Assembly: GCA_942493345.1 (NCBI GenBank)
Contig: OW818695.1
Coordinates: forward strand, 2,021,719 to 2,085,718
Direction of reading: 5' to 3'
Source: an uncultured Prolixibacteraceae bacterium
GTDB taxonomy: Bacteria > Bacteroidota > Bacteroidia > Bacteroidales > Prolixibacteraceae
Length of the DNA: 64,000 nucleotides
The notes beneath the pieces were generated by a model, which saw only the letters and a program-made list of their open reading frames with translations, was not told the DNA's origin and ran no database searches. The position numbers and the translations under genes are program-made. This document shows, in pieces, positions 1 through 9,063 of the stretch; the stretch's first letter is position 1; the number at the start of each line of letters is the position of its first letter.

Positions 1-832
1 CTTCGGTTTGCCCTCCCCACGGACGGTTGTTCAAAGTAGCTGTGATCACTTTCTGTCCGGCCTCTGCAAGCATTTTCATCAACGGACGCAAGGCGTTCCA
101 GTGAGCTTCCGACCATGGATCAACACCTTGTACTCGTGCCACAGAATAAGGATTTTGCCACAAGTCGAGATGAAAACTCCATTCCGAAGCAGGCGGAAGA
201 ACCCGGGGAAGAACCTCAACGTTAAAAGTAAAGGAACTATGTTTTTTACCGGCAGCAAATAATTGCATGGTGGAAGTATAGGTTCCGGGAGTCGTACCCG
301 AGGGGATGTCAATGGTTACCCAAACAGGCCGGGTGGTTTGCGGTTCCAGATCGAAACATTCCAATGGATCGAGCATGTCGGGACTAAGCGAGGACGCAAA
401 ATCTTCGGGTTGACGTTTTCCGCAGCCATTACCAAATTCATCGGTTAGCACGTATCGTACAAATCGTGCCTGCGCAACAGATGCCGGAAGGATTTCTCCT
501 CCGGAAGATTTGAAATCGGAAAATACACATTCGACCTGCTTGGTTACTTCCTTGCTCCAAAGAACCAACTGAGCTGAAACACGTTCTCCCTGCCATGCAG
601 CGCGTTCCCAACTGTTTTTTGTTACCCCGGTTGGAACTGAACTTTTGGCGTACAAGAGGTCGATTGATCCGACTGAAGCGTGAAGACCGGATCCTAATGC
701 ATTCCAGTCGGCCAGACTATCCGGCGAAGGATCAGCTGCTTCAACATAAGTTGGACAATCTTTAACCGGTCGTTGCGGTGTACATGCTGCTGTCACGACG
801 ATAGCGAAAAGAATAATAAAAACTTGTTTCAT
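1..832 (-). CDS. Secreted lipoprotein, glycoside-hydrolase-like (DUF4091/GH123-like guess), N-terminal part; the gene runs off the left window edge
   Basis: Absent from the ORF track because it has no stop inside the window. The reverse complement of 830-832 is ATG, followed by MKQVFIILFAIVVTAAC (lipobox). The frame then stays open to base 1 (...FHLDLWQNPYSVARVQGVDPWSEAHWNALRPLMKMLAEAGQKVITATLNNRPWGGQTE). The family call is from memory of similar Bacteroidota proteins. Confidence 0.55.
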   Translation of the reverse strand, partial: MKQVFIILFAIVVTAACTPQRPVKDCPTYVEAADPSPDSLADWNALGSGLHASVGSIDLLYAKSSVPTGVTKNSWERAAWQGERVSAQLVLWSKEVTKQVECVFSDFKSSGGEILPASVAQARFVRYVLTDEFGNGCGKRQPEDFASSLSPDMLDPLECFDLEPQTTRPVWVTIDIPSGTTPGTYTSTMQLFAAGKKHSSFTFNVEVLPRVLPPASEWSFHLDLWQNPYSVARVQGVDPWSEAHWNALRPLMKMLAEAGQKVITATLNNRPWGGQTE

Positions 833-906
833 AATTTGATTTTGTTTGGAAAGGTTTAATTCTATGGTTTGGTTTACAATTTATGTATTTTTATTTGCCT
901 CCTAAC

Positions 907-1049
907 AGGCTGTTCAAAAAGTAGAATTACTTTAATATTCAACTCTCTGTGAAAAACTCTGTTTAACTCTGTATTTTAATTACTCATACTTCACCACAGA
1001 GTGCCGCAGAGTAAAAAACACAGAGTTTCACGGAATTTTTGAACAGCCT
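907..1049. repeat. Hairpin (MITE-like) intergenic repeat, copy A
   Basis: A perfect 14-bp terminal inverted repeat: AGGCTGTTCAAAAA (907-920) and TTTTTGAACAGCCT (1036-1049). The interior is partly self-complementary, with CTCTGTG at 945-951 and CACAGAG at 995-1001 and 1019-1025. The terminal motif GCTGTnCAAAAGT...ACTTTTGnACAGC also occurs at 30429-30554 and 51257-51330. Confidence 0.7.
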
Positions 1050-1141
1050 CTTTTGGGCTTGCGTACATAGTGTTGGTTCATACTTCTTTGAACAAAGATT
1101 CTGAATTTTCAGAACAAATGAGATTTCCAATGTCATTTACT

Positions 1142-2212
1142 TCAATATGAAATGTCGTATTGGTCGAATGATTCGGTCCGCCAGGCCAAATGCCTTGTTG
1201 AAGGAGATGCCCAAAATAAAGGAGAGAAGGTACGTACCTTTATCGTTTTCTGATCGGGCAAAAATTCCAGGATACGGAGCCATCCGTCGCCGCCGTTGCC
1301 ATGCCAGCCCCCGCCTTCACGCTGGGCATTGAAAAGCATCTGATGCACTTTCTTACCGGCCAGGTTGTCGTCTTCCCGGTAGCTGACCATTCCTTCATGT
1401 GATTCCGTGTCAGCAATATGACCACAAAAAACGAACTTCATGTTTGCCGATGGTTGTACAAAATCATTCCAGATCGCGATTCCATAGTTTGCATCGACCA
1501 ACGCATACTTTTCATTGTCGATCCTCTGCCCTTTTGAATCCTGATAACTGTGCGTCAGCAGAACACCCAAATAGTCTTTATATTCAGGCCTCGCAGCCAC
1601 CTGTTTTGCCCATTCCAGCATTTCTGCCCGCGGGGCGAATTCGAGTGAAAGTACGAGGAATGATTGTCCGAACGGAGATTTCCATTGATAGCAGGCATTT
1701 TCAAGCGTTTTTACTCCTGTTGCATTCGGGGCCATTTCAACCAGCAGAGATTGTGTCAGCAGGTTTCCCTGCGGAGGAAAATAACTGTTGAACTGTGAGT
1801 ACCGGTTTTCGGCGCTTTTAATACCATAATCATGATTGCCCGTGCACAGAATATAGGGTATCCGATTGTTTAATTTACTGAAGGCCGACCCGGCTGCTTC
1901 CCATTGTTGAAGGCTGGTCTGGTCGCCATTCTTTCCGTCGGCAACAAGTATATTGTTCTGTTCAACAAGATCGCCGACACAAAGCACCAGTTGAATACTC
2001 AACTTGTCCTTTTGATCGGCAATCCAACCGGTAACCAGTTGAAACAGGGGCTGATTGCGTTCAAATTTATTGTAAGTCTGAGGATCGGGCAATAAAATCC
2101 AGGTGTACGAATTTGGATCGGAAAGTTTTGGCGCATTGTCCAGGGTTTGTTGCGCAAATAGTTGAAACCATGCCAACAGGAAGATAACGGAAGAAAGAAT
2201 CAGTTTCTTCAT
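1142..2212 (-). CDS. Secreted calcineurin-like metallophosphoesterase
   Basis: 356-aa ORF with a signal peptide (MKKLILSSVIFLLAWFQLFAQ). Metallophosphoesterase motifs present: VGDLVEQNN, CTGNHDYG, LLTHS, CGHIADTESHEG. Confidence 0.85.
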   Translation of the reverse strand: MKKLILSSVIFLLAWFQLFAQQTLDNAPKLSDPNSYTWILLPDPQTYNKFERNQPLFQLVTGWIADQKDKLSIQLVLCVGDLVEQNNILVADGKNGDQTSLQQWEAAGSAFSKLNNRIPYILCTGNHDYGIKSAENRYSQFNSYFPPQGNLLTQSLLVEMAPNATGVKTLENACYQWKSPFGQSFLVLSLEFAPRAEMLEWAKQVAARPEYKDYLGVLLTHSYQDSKGQRIDNEKYALVDANYGIAIWNDFVQPSANMKFVFCGHIADTESHEGMVSYREDDNLAGKKVHQMLFNAQREGGGWHGNGGDGWLRILEFLPDQKTIKVRTFSPLFWASPSTRHLAWRTESFDQYDISY

Positions 2213-2438
2213 GATGATAGTTGTTAGAGTTTATAATGAATAATGTCTGATAAAAATACAAGAAAGTAGCTTACCTGATTGCAAAACGAAATACAAATCG
2301 ATGATAAAAAGTAATAATCAATGCGAACCTCCCTGCCTAAGAGGTCTCTGAAATTCGTCGATGTATTTCTAATTAAAATGCACCAATAAAAGAACACAGC
2401 TTAACTGACGGACAATCAATCTGAGCTATAATTCGTTG

Positions 2439-2466
2439 TTGCATTTTTATAACAAGAAAAATGCAA
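2439..2466 (-). terminator. Stem-loop 21 nt downstream of the 2487-3713 gene
   Basis: Perfect 10-bp stem TTGCATTTTT / AAAAATGCAA with an 8-nt loop. The A/T tracts lie within the arms, so it could act in both directions. Confidence 0.45.
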
Positions 2467-2486
2467 TATAGAAATTATTTGTTGGG

Positions 2487-3713
2487 TTATAAATTTAAAG
2501 TACCGAGTGTTTCACCACGATCATCTATCATTTTAAGATTTAATGCCTGCCCGGTTATCTTTATATCGATAATGGTTCGATTTCCATCTTTTGGACCGCC
2601 ACCAATCACGATGGGATATTCATGCTGCCCTTTTACCGGTTGATGAATACCCGATTTGTGCGTATGACCGCATAACATCAAATCTATTTTTGAGACATTA
2701 AAAATAGGCCCCCATATCTCGTTATAATGTTCGGAAGCATGTGCATCGCCACCCAGATAATAAGCAGGAATATGCATAAATACTACTTTGTATTTTGCCT
2801 TTTTAAAGGATTTTTTCTGAACTTCTTTTTCCAGCCACTTACCTTGTTGTTCGCGGTAAGCATCAAAATCGATAATTCCTCCATTAACAGGATCTTCGTC
2901 GGATTTTGTTTCACCCGAATCTAAGACAATGCCATACATTGGGCCATATTGAAATGAATAGTAATATTTATTTTCTCCGCCATCAACGTATTTACCCAAC
3001 TCTCTGGCATAAGTACTCCATGTTTCGTGATTTCCTCTTGCAAAGAAAAAAGGAATTGTTGTTGCACCCAAGTCGGTAAGCGGATTTATCAAATGGTCAA
3101 CGATCTGATTCTCATCTTCCACCTTACTTAATATATCACCATTTAAGAGAACAAAATCCTTTTTGCCAGAGCTTTGTTTCATTAAAGCAGCAAATGATTC
3201 AGGACGATCGTGTAAATCGTTAAAAACAACAAATTCGACACTGTCCATATCCTTTGATAAGGTTGTAAAAGAATATACTTCGCTGTAACCGGGCTCACCA
3301 AACGATTGACGTTTCCGCTCCATATTCTCAGTTTTTCTGGAAACAGCCCTGTAATAATACGTTTTACCAGGCAACAGATTTGAAAGTGTAATCGCATGAA
3401 CCGTATTATCTACCTGAACCATGCCGTCTTCTGTTTGTTGAGCCTTCTGATTAAGTGTTTGAGGGTTTTCTCCATATTCAACCCAGCTATGGCACGGGCT
3501 ATTTGTGATCCAGCGTATGTTTATACGATCTGTTTTTACAGCCTGCAGATAAGGCTTACACTTCATGTTCCCGGTTGCCCCTTCTACTATTGGTGTAGTT
3601 TCCGAAAATCCTTTAAGAGGGCTAAAACCTACCGCCGCACCAATTAAACCAATGGAAGTTAAAAATTTTCTTCTGTTAAATTGTTGATTAATTTGCTCTT
3701 GCATACTATTCAT
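2487..3713 (-). CDS. Purple-acid-phosphatase-like metallophosphoesterase with a twin-arginine signal
   Basis: 408-aa ORF with a Tat-type N-terminus (NRRKFLTSIGLIGAAVG). Motifs present: FNDLHD, NGDILS, RGNHETW, FMHIP, CGHTHKSG. An N-terminal beta-domain precedes the catalytic core. Confidence 0.85.
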   Translation of the reverse strand: MNSMQEQINQQFNRRKFLTSIGLIGAAVGFSPLKGFSETTPIVEGATGNMKCKPYLQAVKTDRINIRWITNSPCHSWVEYGENPQTLNQKAQQTEDGMVQVDNTVHAITLSNLLPGKTYYYRAVSRKTENMERKRQSFGEPGYSEVYSFTTLSKDMDSVEFVVFNDLHDRPESFAALMKQSSGKKDFVLLNGDILSKVEDENQIVDHLINPLTDLGATTIPFFFARGNHETWSTYARELGKYVDGGENKYYYSFQYGPMYGIVLDSGETKSDEDPVNGGIIDFDAYREQQGKWLEKEVQKKSFKKAKYKVVFMHIPAYYLGGDAHASEHYNEIWGPIFNVSKIDLMLCGHTHKSGIHQPVKGQHEYPIVIGGGPKDGNRTIIDIKITGQALNLKMIDDRGETLGTLNL

Positions 3714-3999
3714 GTTTTTTTAAATCCTGCTGAAGGTACACTAATTTACTAATACTAAACTCCGTTCGACAGAAGATAAAAGTCGTTTGAATTTGGGGAA
3801 AGTCACAACGCTCCTGAGTAACAAAGTACCTAAGAAAAAAAGAAAGATCTATATTATGATCCTGATGAATCTATATTTTGTTCAAATTTCATTTACAACG
3901 AGATTTTTACTTTGTCACTCAGTAACTTTTGGACTTTGTTTCTTCTATTTTTTTAGATCGAACTCACGTTATTACTATAATTAACTTGATTAACGCTGG

Positions 4000-5625
4000 T
4001 TACTTTTTTAAATTATTTTCCAACGCCATCATTACTTTAGCCGGGTAAACCACACTGTTTAACCAGAAATTCATTGGATATTTAGTAAACATCGTTGGGT
4101 AATCTCCATTGTGTTCTTTTTGAACAAGGGTCAAGGCATTCGCAATTGATTTCGCTTTGGCAAGATAAATTTCCTTTTTTGTAGCGGCATAGGCCTCCCA
4201 ATATGTTTCAATCATCACGCCGGCAGTTCTTGTAACCGGCATAAAAAATCCATATTGTTCCTGAACCGAAGGGGTAATCCAGTTTTTAGAATTCCACCCG
4301 GGGCTTTGTTCCTTGTCTGGAGTATCGTGTATTATAATTGGCAGTGGTTTTTCCCAAATAACAAACTGATCTTCTGCAAAACGAATAAGCTCTTCCGCCA
4401 GTGAAATTTGTATATGGTTTTTCATAAGATATACGGCCATATCACATGCCTGTTCCCGACTGTGCCTCACATAGGGTGGCAATGCCTTAACATCTTCAAA
4501 TTGCGCCTGCCAGTTAAAAGTCTTCACTGGATTTTCCATTATCCAGTTTAAGGCATTTTTTGTAGGATTATCTAATCCGGCGACTCCGTAATTTTTCCGT
4601 AATCTGTCAAAATAATTTATAACAGCAGTAGGAATCGATATATTAGGAGCAGTAGGTTCGCCCGTTTCATAATCGGCGAATAAGTACCAGCTTCCGTTAT
4701 CCAATTGGTTTTTCAAATATGTATCAGAAATGCGTTTTGCAGCATCGAAATATTTTTTATCCCCGATAAGATCATATAAATCGAGGAAAGCATTGCCTGC
4801 ATCGGCACCCATCACAGTAAAATTATTTCTAAGATTCATGTGCGAACCGGGCTTATTTTTTATTCTGGGTCCAAAATATGTTGGAACGAAATATTCCCAA
4901 GCCGAACCTTTTTCATAGCTGATGTTAATCATATAATCTGCTACAATTTTTGCAAGTTCGACAGACCGTTTAGCGTCATCCGAATTCGCTTTCAACCTCG
5001 CATGTGTGACTGCACCAACAACAAGGGCACTGTATATCTTTGCTGGATACCTGTAATATTGATACTCATGATCAGGAGCCTTATCCTTAAGCCAGCATTC
5101 TATATAATCTTTATGCAACAGGTTATTCAGTGCAATTTTAGCACTTTCATCGTATGGCATTACTGCCTTATGGTATGGCCCGTTAAAATAAGCAGCTTTA
5201 TAATACTCCCCGCTTCCGGCCAAGCCTACACTGTCGCCATTCGCATTTAAAGCAATAACCTTTAAACTAAAAGTACCGGTGGGCATTGATGCCCAAACTT
5301 TACTTAAAGGAGAATAAGGCACTTTGCTTTCAAACGTATATTGGCTATTGTCTTCGGATTTGACTACATAGTTATACCTTGCTGCATTCTGGATTAATTT
5401 ATAATCAAAGGCCGGGGCGTAAATAAACTGATGGGCCTTCCCATTCCAGAACGGTGTTTTTCCAAGCTCTCCCGGGCGGATAGGAATAATCGATTCTTCT
5501 TTTGCTATTTCACCAAAAGTTTTCTCTTCTCCGGTTTTTACTCCAGTAAGTGATTTGCAGGAATATAACATCCCTGCAAATGTTATTAATGTGGCATAAA
5601 AGATTATACTTCTTTTCATTTTCAT
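4000..5625 (-). CDS. Secreted lipoprotein of unknown function, paralog 1 of a triplicated ~545-aa family
   Basis: 541-aa ORF with a lipobox (FAGMLYSCKS). It shares long motif blocks with 5697-7352 and 9064-10707: FIYAPAF, YYRYPAKI, GAVTxARLK, DAGNAxLDLYDL, NGSWY, SREQxCDMAxYL, LAEELIRFAEDQF, GDYPTxF. Confidence 0.85.
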   Translation of the reverse strand: MKMKRSIIFYATLITFAGMLYSCKSLTGVKTGEEKTFGEIAKEESIIPIRPGELGKTPFWNGKAHQFIYAPAFDYKLIQNAARYNYVVKSEDNSQYTFESKVPYSPLSKVWASMPTGTFSLKVIALNANGDSVGLAGSGEYYKAAYFNGPYHKAVMPYDESAKIALNNLLHKDYIECWLKDKAPDHEYQYYRYPAKIYSALVVGAVTHARLKANSDDAKRSVELAKIVADYMINISYEKGSAWEYFVPTYFGPRIKNKPGSHMNLRNNFTVMGADAGNAFLDLYDLIGDKKYFDAAKRISDTYLKNQLDNGSWYLFADYETGEPTAPNISIPTAVINYFDRLRKNYGVAGLDNPTKNALNWIMENPVKTFNWQAQFEDVKALPPYVRHSREQACDMAVYLMKNHIQISLAEELIRFAEDQFVIWEKPLPIIIHDTPDKEQSPGWNSKNWITPSVQEQYGFFMPVTRTAGVMIETYWEAYAATKKEIYLAKAKSIANALTLVQKEHNGDYPTMFTKYPMNFWLNSVVYPAKVMMALENNLKK

Positions 5626-5696
5626 TTTTCATTTAAAATTTTGGGCACTTCTAGTGATCGCTCTTTTTGCAAATCATATCGAACCATGAATGTTTC

Positions 5697-7352
5697 TTAT
5701 TTACTTAATTCCTTCAAATTATTTTCGAGCACCATCATCATCTTGGCAGGGTAAACCACACTGTTTAACCAAAAATTCGATTTGTAATTCGAAAATAAAG
5801 TTGGATAATCCCCGTCATGTTCGTTTTGTACAACCGTAAAGGTATTTGCAATGGACAGAGCCTTGGCTAGGTATAAATCTTTTTTTGTGACTTTATACGC
5901 CTCACGGTAAGTTTCCATCATAATACATGCAGCCCGGCCAACCGGTTCCCAAAAAACATATTGCTCCTGCACACCAGGGGTAATCCAATTTTCAGGATTC
6001 CATGCGGGACCTTGCCCTTTGTTCCCACTTTTAGGCGCAGGTTTTTCCCAAATTATAAACTGATCTTCAGCAAAACGAATCAATTCCTCCGCCAATTGCA
6101 GATTTTGCGGATTGCCATTAATATTCTTCAAAAGATACATTGCCATATCGCAAACCTGTTCCCGGCTTTGGTTCTTATAGGATGGCTTTGCAACAATATC
6201 TTCAAACTGGCCTTGCCAGTCATACGTTTTAACCGGGTTATCCATGATCCATTGCAACGCTTTTTTTGTAGCATTTTCAAGGTCTGAAATATTATAGTCG
6301 CGGCTCAATCGGTCAAAATAATTAATGGTTGACGTTGGAATCGCAATATTGGGAAGAGCGGGTTTGCCTGTATTGACATCGATGAACATGTACCAGCTCC
6401 CGTTGTCCAACTGCGTTTTCACATAGGTCCGTGCGATCCGTTCTGCCGCATCAAGGTATTTCTTGTCGGAAGTAAGGTCATATAAATCTAAATAAGCATT
6501 ACCGCCATCGGCAGCCGAAATAATAAGATCATTGTTCGTATTAATATAAGGAGTCACCTCTTTAAAAATTGCCTCGTATCCTCTATATGTTGGCGGAAAA
6601 TATTCCAACGGTGTTCCTTTCTCGAAACTGACACTAATCAAATAATCAGCAATAATACAGGCTAGTTCAGTATAACGTTTAGCATCGGGTGTGTTTGATT
6701 TTAACCTGGCCTGAGTGACTGCACCGATAACTAAAGCTCCCATGATTTTTGCAGGATATCTGTAATACTCATATCCAGGGTCGGGCGCTTTATGTGTAAA
6801 CCAGTAATTAACGAAATCCTTCTTCAGTAACTTATCCAAAGCAATCATGGCGCTTTTGTCATACGGCATTACTGGTTGATGATAGATTCCGTTAAAATAT
6901 GCAGCACGATAATATTTGCCTTCGCCGGCAACGCCTAATATTTGCCCGGTCGATGAAATCCCGGTTACTTTTAAAGTAAAACCCCCAACCGGGATTGAAG
7001 TCCAGACCATACTTAACGGGGCATAAGGAACCCTGCTCTCAAAATTGTACTTACTTGAATCTGTTAATGAAACAATTTCATACAGGTATTTATCGGATTT
7101 ATCAACGATTTTGTAGTTAAATGCTGGCGCGAAAATAAACTGGCGCGAAAATTCATTCCAAAATGAAATTTCACCCGGGATGCCCGGACGAACCGGAATA
7201 ATTGATTCCTGTAAGGCTTGTTGTCCATACATACTTTTACCGTCAAACTGGGCCTGAACTGATATATTAACAAAGCATATTAATCCCAAGAAGAATAAAC
7301 CTACTTTAATCTTTTGGGGAAGATTCACTGAAAAAAAAGAATAGTTATACAT
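5697..7352 (-). CDS. Secreted protein of unknown function, paralog 2 of the triplicated family
   Basis: 551-aa ORF with a signal peptide ending VQAQ and the same motif blocks as paralogs 1 and 3. Confidence 0.85.
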   Translation of the reverse strand: MYNYSFFSVNLPQKIKVGLFFLGLICFVNISVQAQFDGKSMYGQQALQESIIPVRPGIPGEISFWNEFSRQFIFAPAFNYKIVDKSDKYLYEIVSLTDSSKYNFESRVPYAPLSMVWTSIPVGGFTLKVTGISSTGQILGVAGEGKYYRAAYFNGIYHQPVMPYDKSAMIALDKLLKKDFVNYWFTHKAPDPGYEYYRYPAKIMGALVIGAVTQARLKSNTPDAKRYTELACIIADYLISVSFEKGTPLEYFPPTYRGYEAIFKEVTPYINTNNDLIISAADGGNAYLDLYDLTSDKKYLDAAERIARTYVKTQLDNGSWYMFIDVNTGKPALPNIAIPTSTINYFDRLSRDYNISDLENATKKALQWIMDNPVKTYDWQGQFEDIVAKPSYKNQSREQVCDMAMYLLKNINGNPQNLQLAEELIRFAEDQFIIWEKPAPKSGNKGQGPAWNPENWITPGVQEQYVFWEPVGRAACIMMETYREAYKVTKKDLYLAKALSIANTFTVVQNEHDGDYPTLFSNYKSNFWLNSVVYPAKMMMVLENNLKELSK

Positions 7353-7421
7353 GTGTATTAAATTTTAAAAATTAGAATAATAAATTCTCTTGAATAATAT
7401 CGTGTCGATAAACAATCATTC

Positions 7422-9026
7422 TTAATTACGTTCAGCAATGGTATATTTCCCTTTCTGAGTAAATTCCCTTCGAAACATATCGGTTGCTTTAACTTCAACG
7501 GTATGTTCACCTGCGGGCAAACTACTGTCAAGTCGAATCCACCATAAATGATCGCTTTGAGCTGGGCGTCCCGGTCTTCTTTTACCTGACAACAGAGTTT
7601 TGGTAGTATCCCACTTTAACATTGAATTTAAATAAGAAGGATCATAATCATTCTTTAATTCCATTTTTCCCCATTTTCCTCCATCAATACGATATTCGAC
7701 TTTATCACTTTCATATCCTATAAAAAAATTAGCATAAAGCCACCCTGCAACTTTTTCTTTTTTCTCAATAATTTTTGGCATCCATATCTCCATTTGATAA
7801 TCCTGTGGTTTTCCTGCTGCTTTGTAATCTATGGTATATTGGGTATCCGTAAAATTAATATAGGCATATCCCTTAAGTGTTCCATCTGCCATAGTAGAAA
7901 CAGGGATACCTTTTGCATCAAGCTCTCCCGAGTACCAGTTTCCGCAGGTTGTACCAACATTGTAATGATGATGAGGTTTTTCTTGCTTCCATCCGTCTGC
8001 TTTTGTAAAGAATTCCTGATACTGAATATGAGTATGGGCAGACAAGGATAGTGTATATGGGAAATCGGACAAAAGGTCAAATATACGTTGTTTGTATGCC
8101 GTTTCGACCTGTTCATTTCTACGCTGTAGAGGAGCATGCATAGCGAAAACAACCAGCTTGTTTTTGGGAACAAATTTCAAATCGTTTTCTATAAATTTGA
8201 GTTGGTCCTCTCGTAAATAATCATCTTTCTTATCTTCTCCTTTTGAATTGGGAAAAATAATATTATCAATAATGACGAAGTGCACATTGCTGTAATTAAA
8301 CGAATAATTGGCAGGGCCAAAATTAGCTTCAAAACTCTCGTCGGATAGACTATCTGCCGTTACGTCTTTATTCATATCATGATTTCCAAGCACATTATAC
8401 CAAGGAATACCTGCTCTGCTGACCGCCTTTTTATACGGTTCAAACATGTTTAAATTGTCGAAAGCCATATCGCCGAGGCTTAACCCGAAGGCCGTATTTT
8501 TTATGCCGGTAACTTCATTCATTATGCCCCGGGTAAAGAAGTCGACTTCTTCAAGGTTAGAAATCTGCGGATCACCGAAAACGAGTATAGTAAATTTCTC
8601 GTCTTCAACATTTGGAGTTAGAGCAAAGTCAATGTATTCGGGTAAATTTCCGGTAGGTGAAACACCTTTGTATTTAAGTCTTGGAGAACCTTGGGGCTTA
8701 TGAATGTAATAAAATTGGGGTAGATTATTTTCGTCTACATTAACTTTGTATCCGGATGGTTTAATTACAAATATGATATTGTCGTTATCTACAGGCAATT
8801 TATATTTTCCTTGTTTGTCGGTCAATACAACATCGTGTCCATTTGAAACTGCAACATTGCTAATGCCATTCTCCCGATATTCTTTCGTGTTGTTTCCGTT
8901 AGAATCTTCGAATACAAATCCAGTAACAAGGGATTGTGCATGAAGAGCGAAAACGATTAGCAAGTTTGCCATCAATAAGCATATTCTTTTATTGGATATG
9001 CGATTCATTTTTATCATTAAGTTCAT
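7422..9026 (-). CDS. Calcineurin-like phosphoesterase with N-terminal beta-sandwich and C-terminal accessory domains
   Basis: 534-aa ORF with a signal peptide. The N-terminal part has a GFVFEDSNGN...GKYKL pattern (carboxypeptidase-regulatory-like). Catalytic motifs present: VFGDPQ, LGDMAFDN, LGNHDMN, FAMHAPL, SAHTHIQ. The architecture matches 28902-30407. Confidence 0.85.
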   Translation of the reverse strand: MNLMIKMNRISNKRICLLMANLLIVFALHAQSLVTGFVFEDSNGNNTKEYRENGISNVAVSNGHDVVLTDKQGKYKLPVDNDNIIFVIKPSGYKVNVDENNLPQFYYIHKPQGSPRLKYKGVSPTGNLPEYIDFALTPNVEDEKFTILVFGDPQISNLEEVDFFTRGIMNEVTGIKNTAFGLSLGDMAFDNLNMFEPYKKAVSRAGIPWYNVLGNHDMNKDVTADSLSDESFEANFGPANYSFNYSNVHFVIIDNIIFPNSKGEDKKDDYLREDQLKFIENDLKFVPKNKLVVFAMHAPLQRRNEQVETAYKQRIFDLLSDFPYTLSLSAHTHIQYQEFFTKADGWKQEKPHHHYNVGTTCGNWYSGELDAKGIPVSTMADGTLKGYAYINFTDTQYTIDYKAAGKPQDYQMEIWMPKIIEKKEKVAGWLYANFFIGYESDKVEYRIDGGKWGKMELKNDYDPSYLNSMLKWDTTKTLLSGKRRPGRPAQSDHLWWIRLDSSLPAGEHTVEVKATDMFRREFTQKGKYTIAERN

Positions 9027-9063
9027 TGGGTTTACTTATTGTTTGAGGGATATATTCAGATAA

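Noticed and set aside
3787-3984. 65-aa plus-strand ORF in the 286-bp spacer between two minus-strand operon genes
   Set aside because: It lies on the opposite strand to the surrounding operon, and its AT-rich, low-complexity translation is likely spurious.
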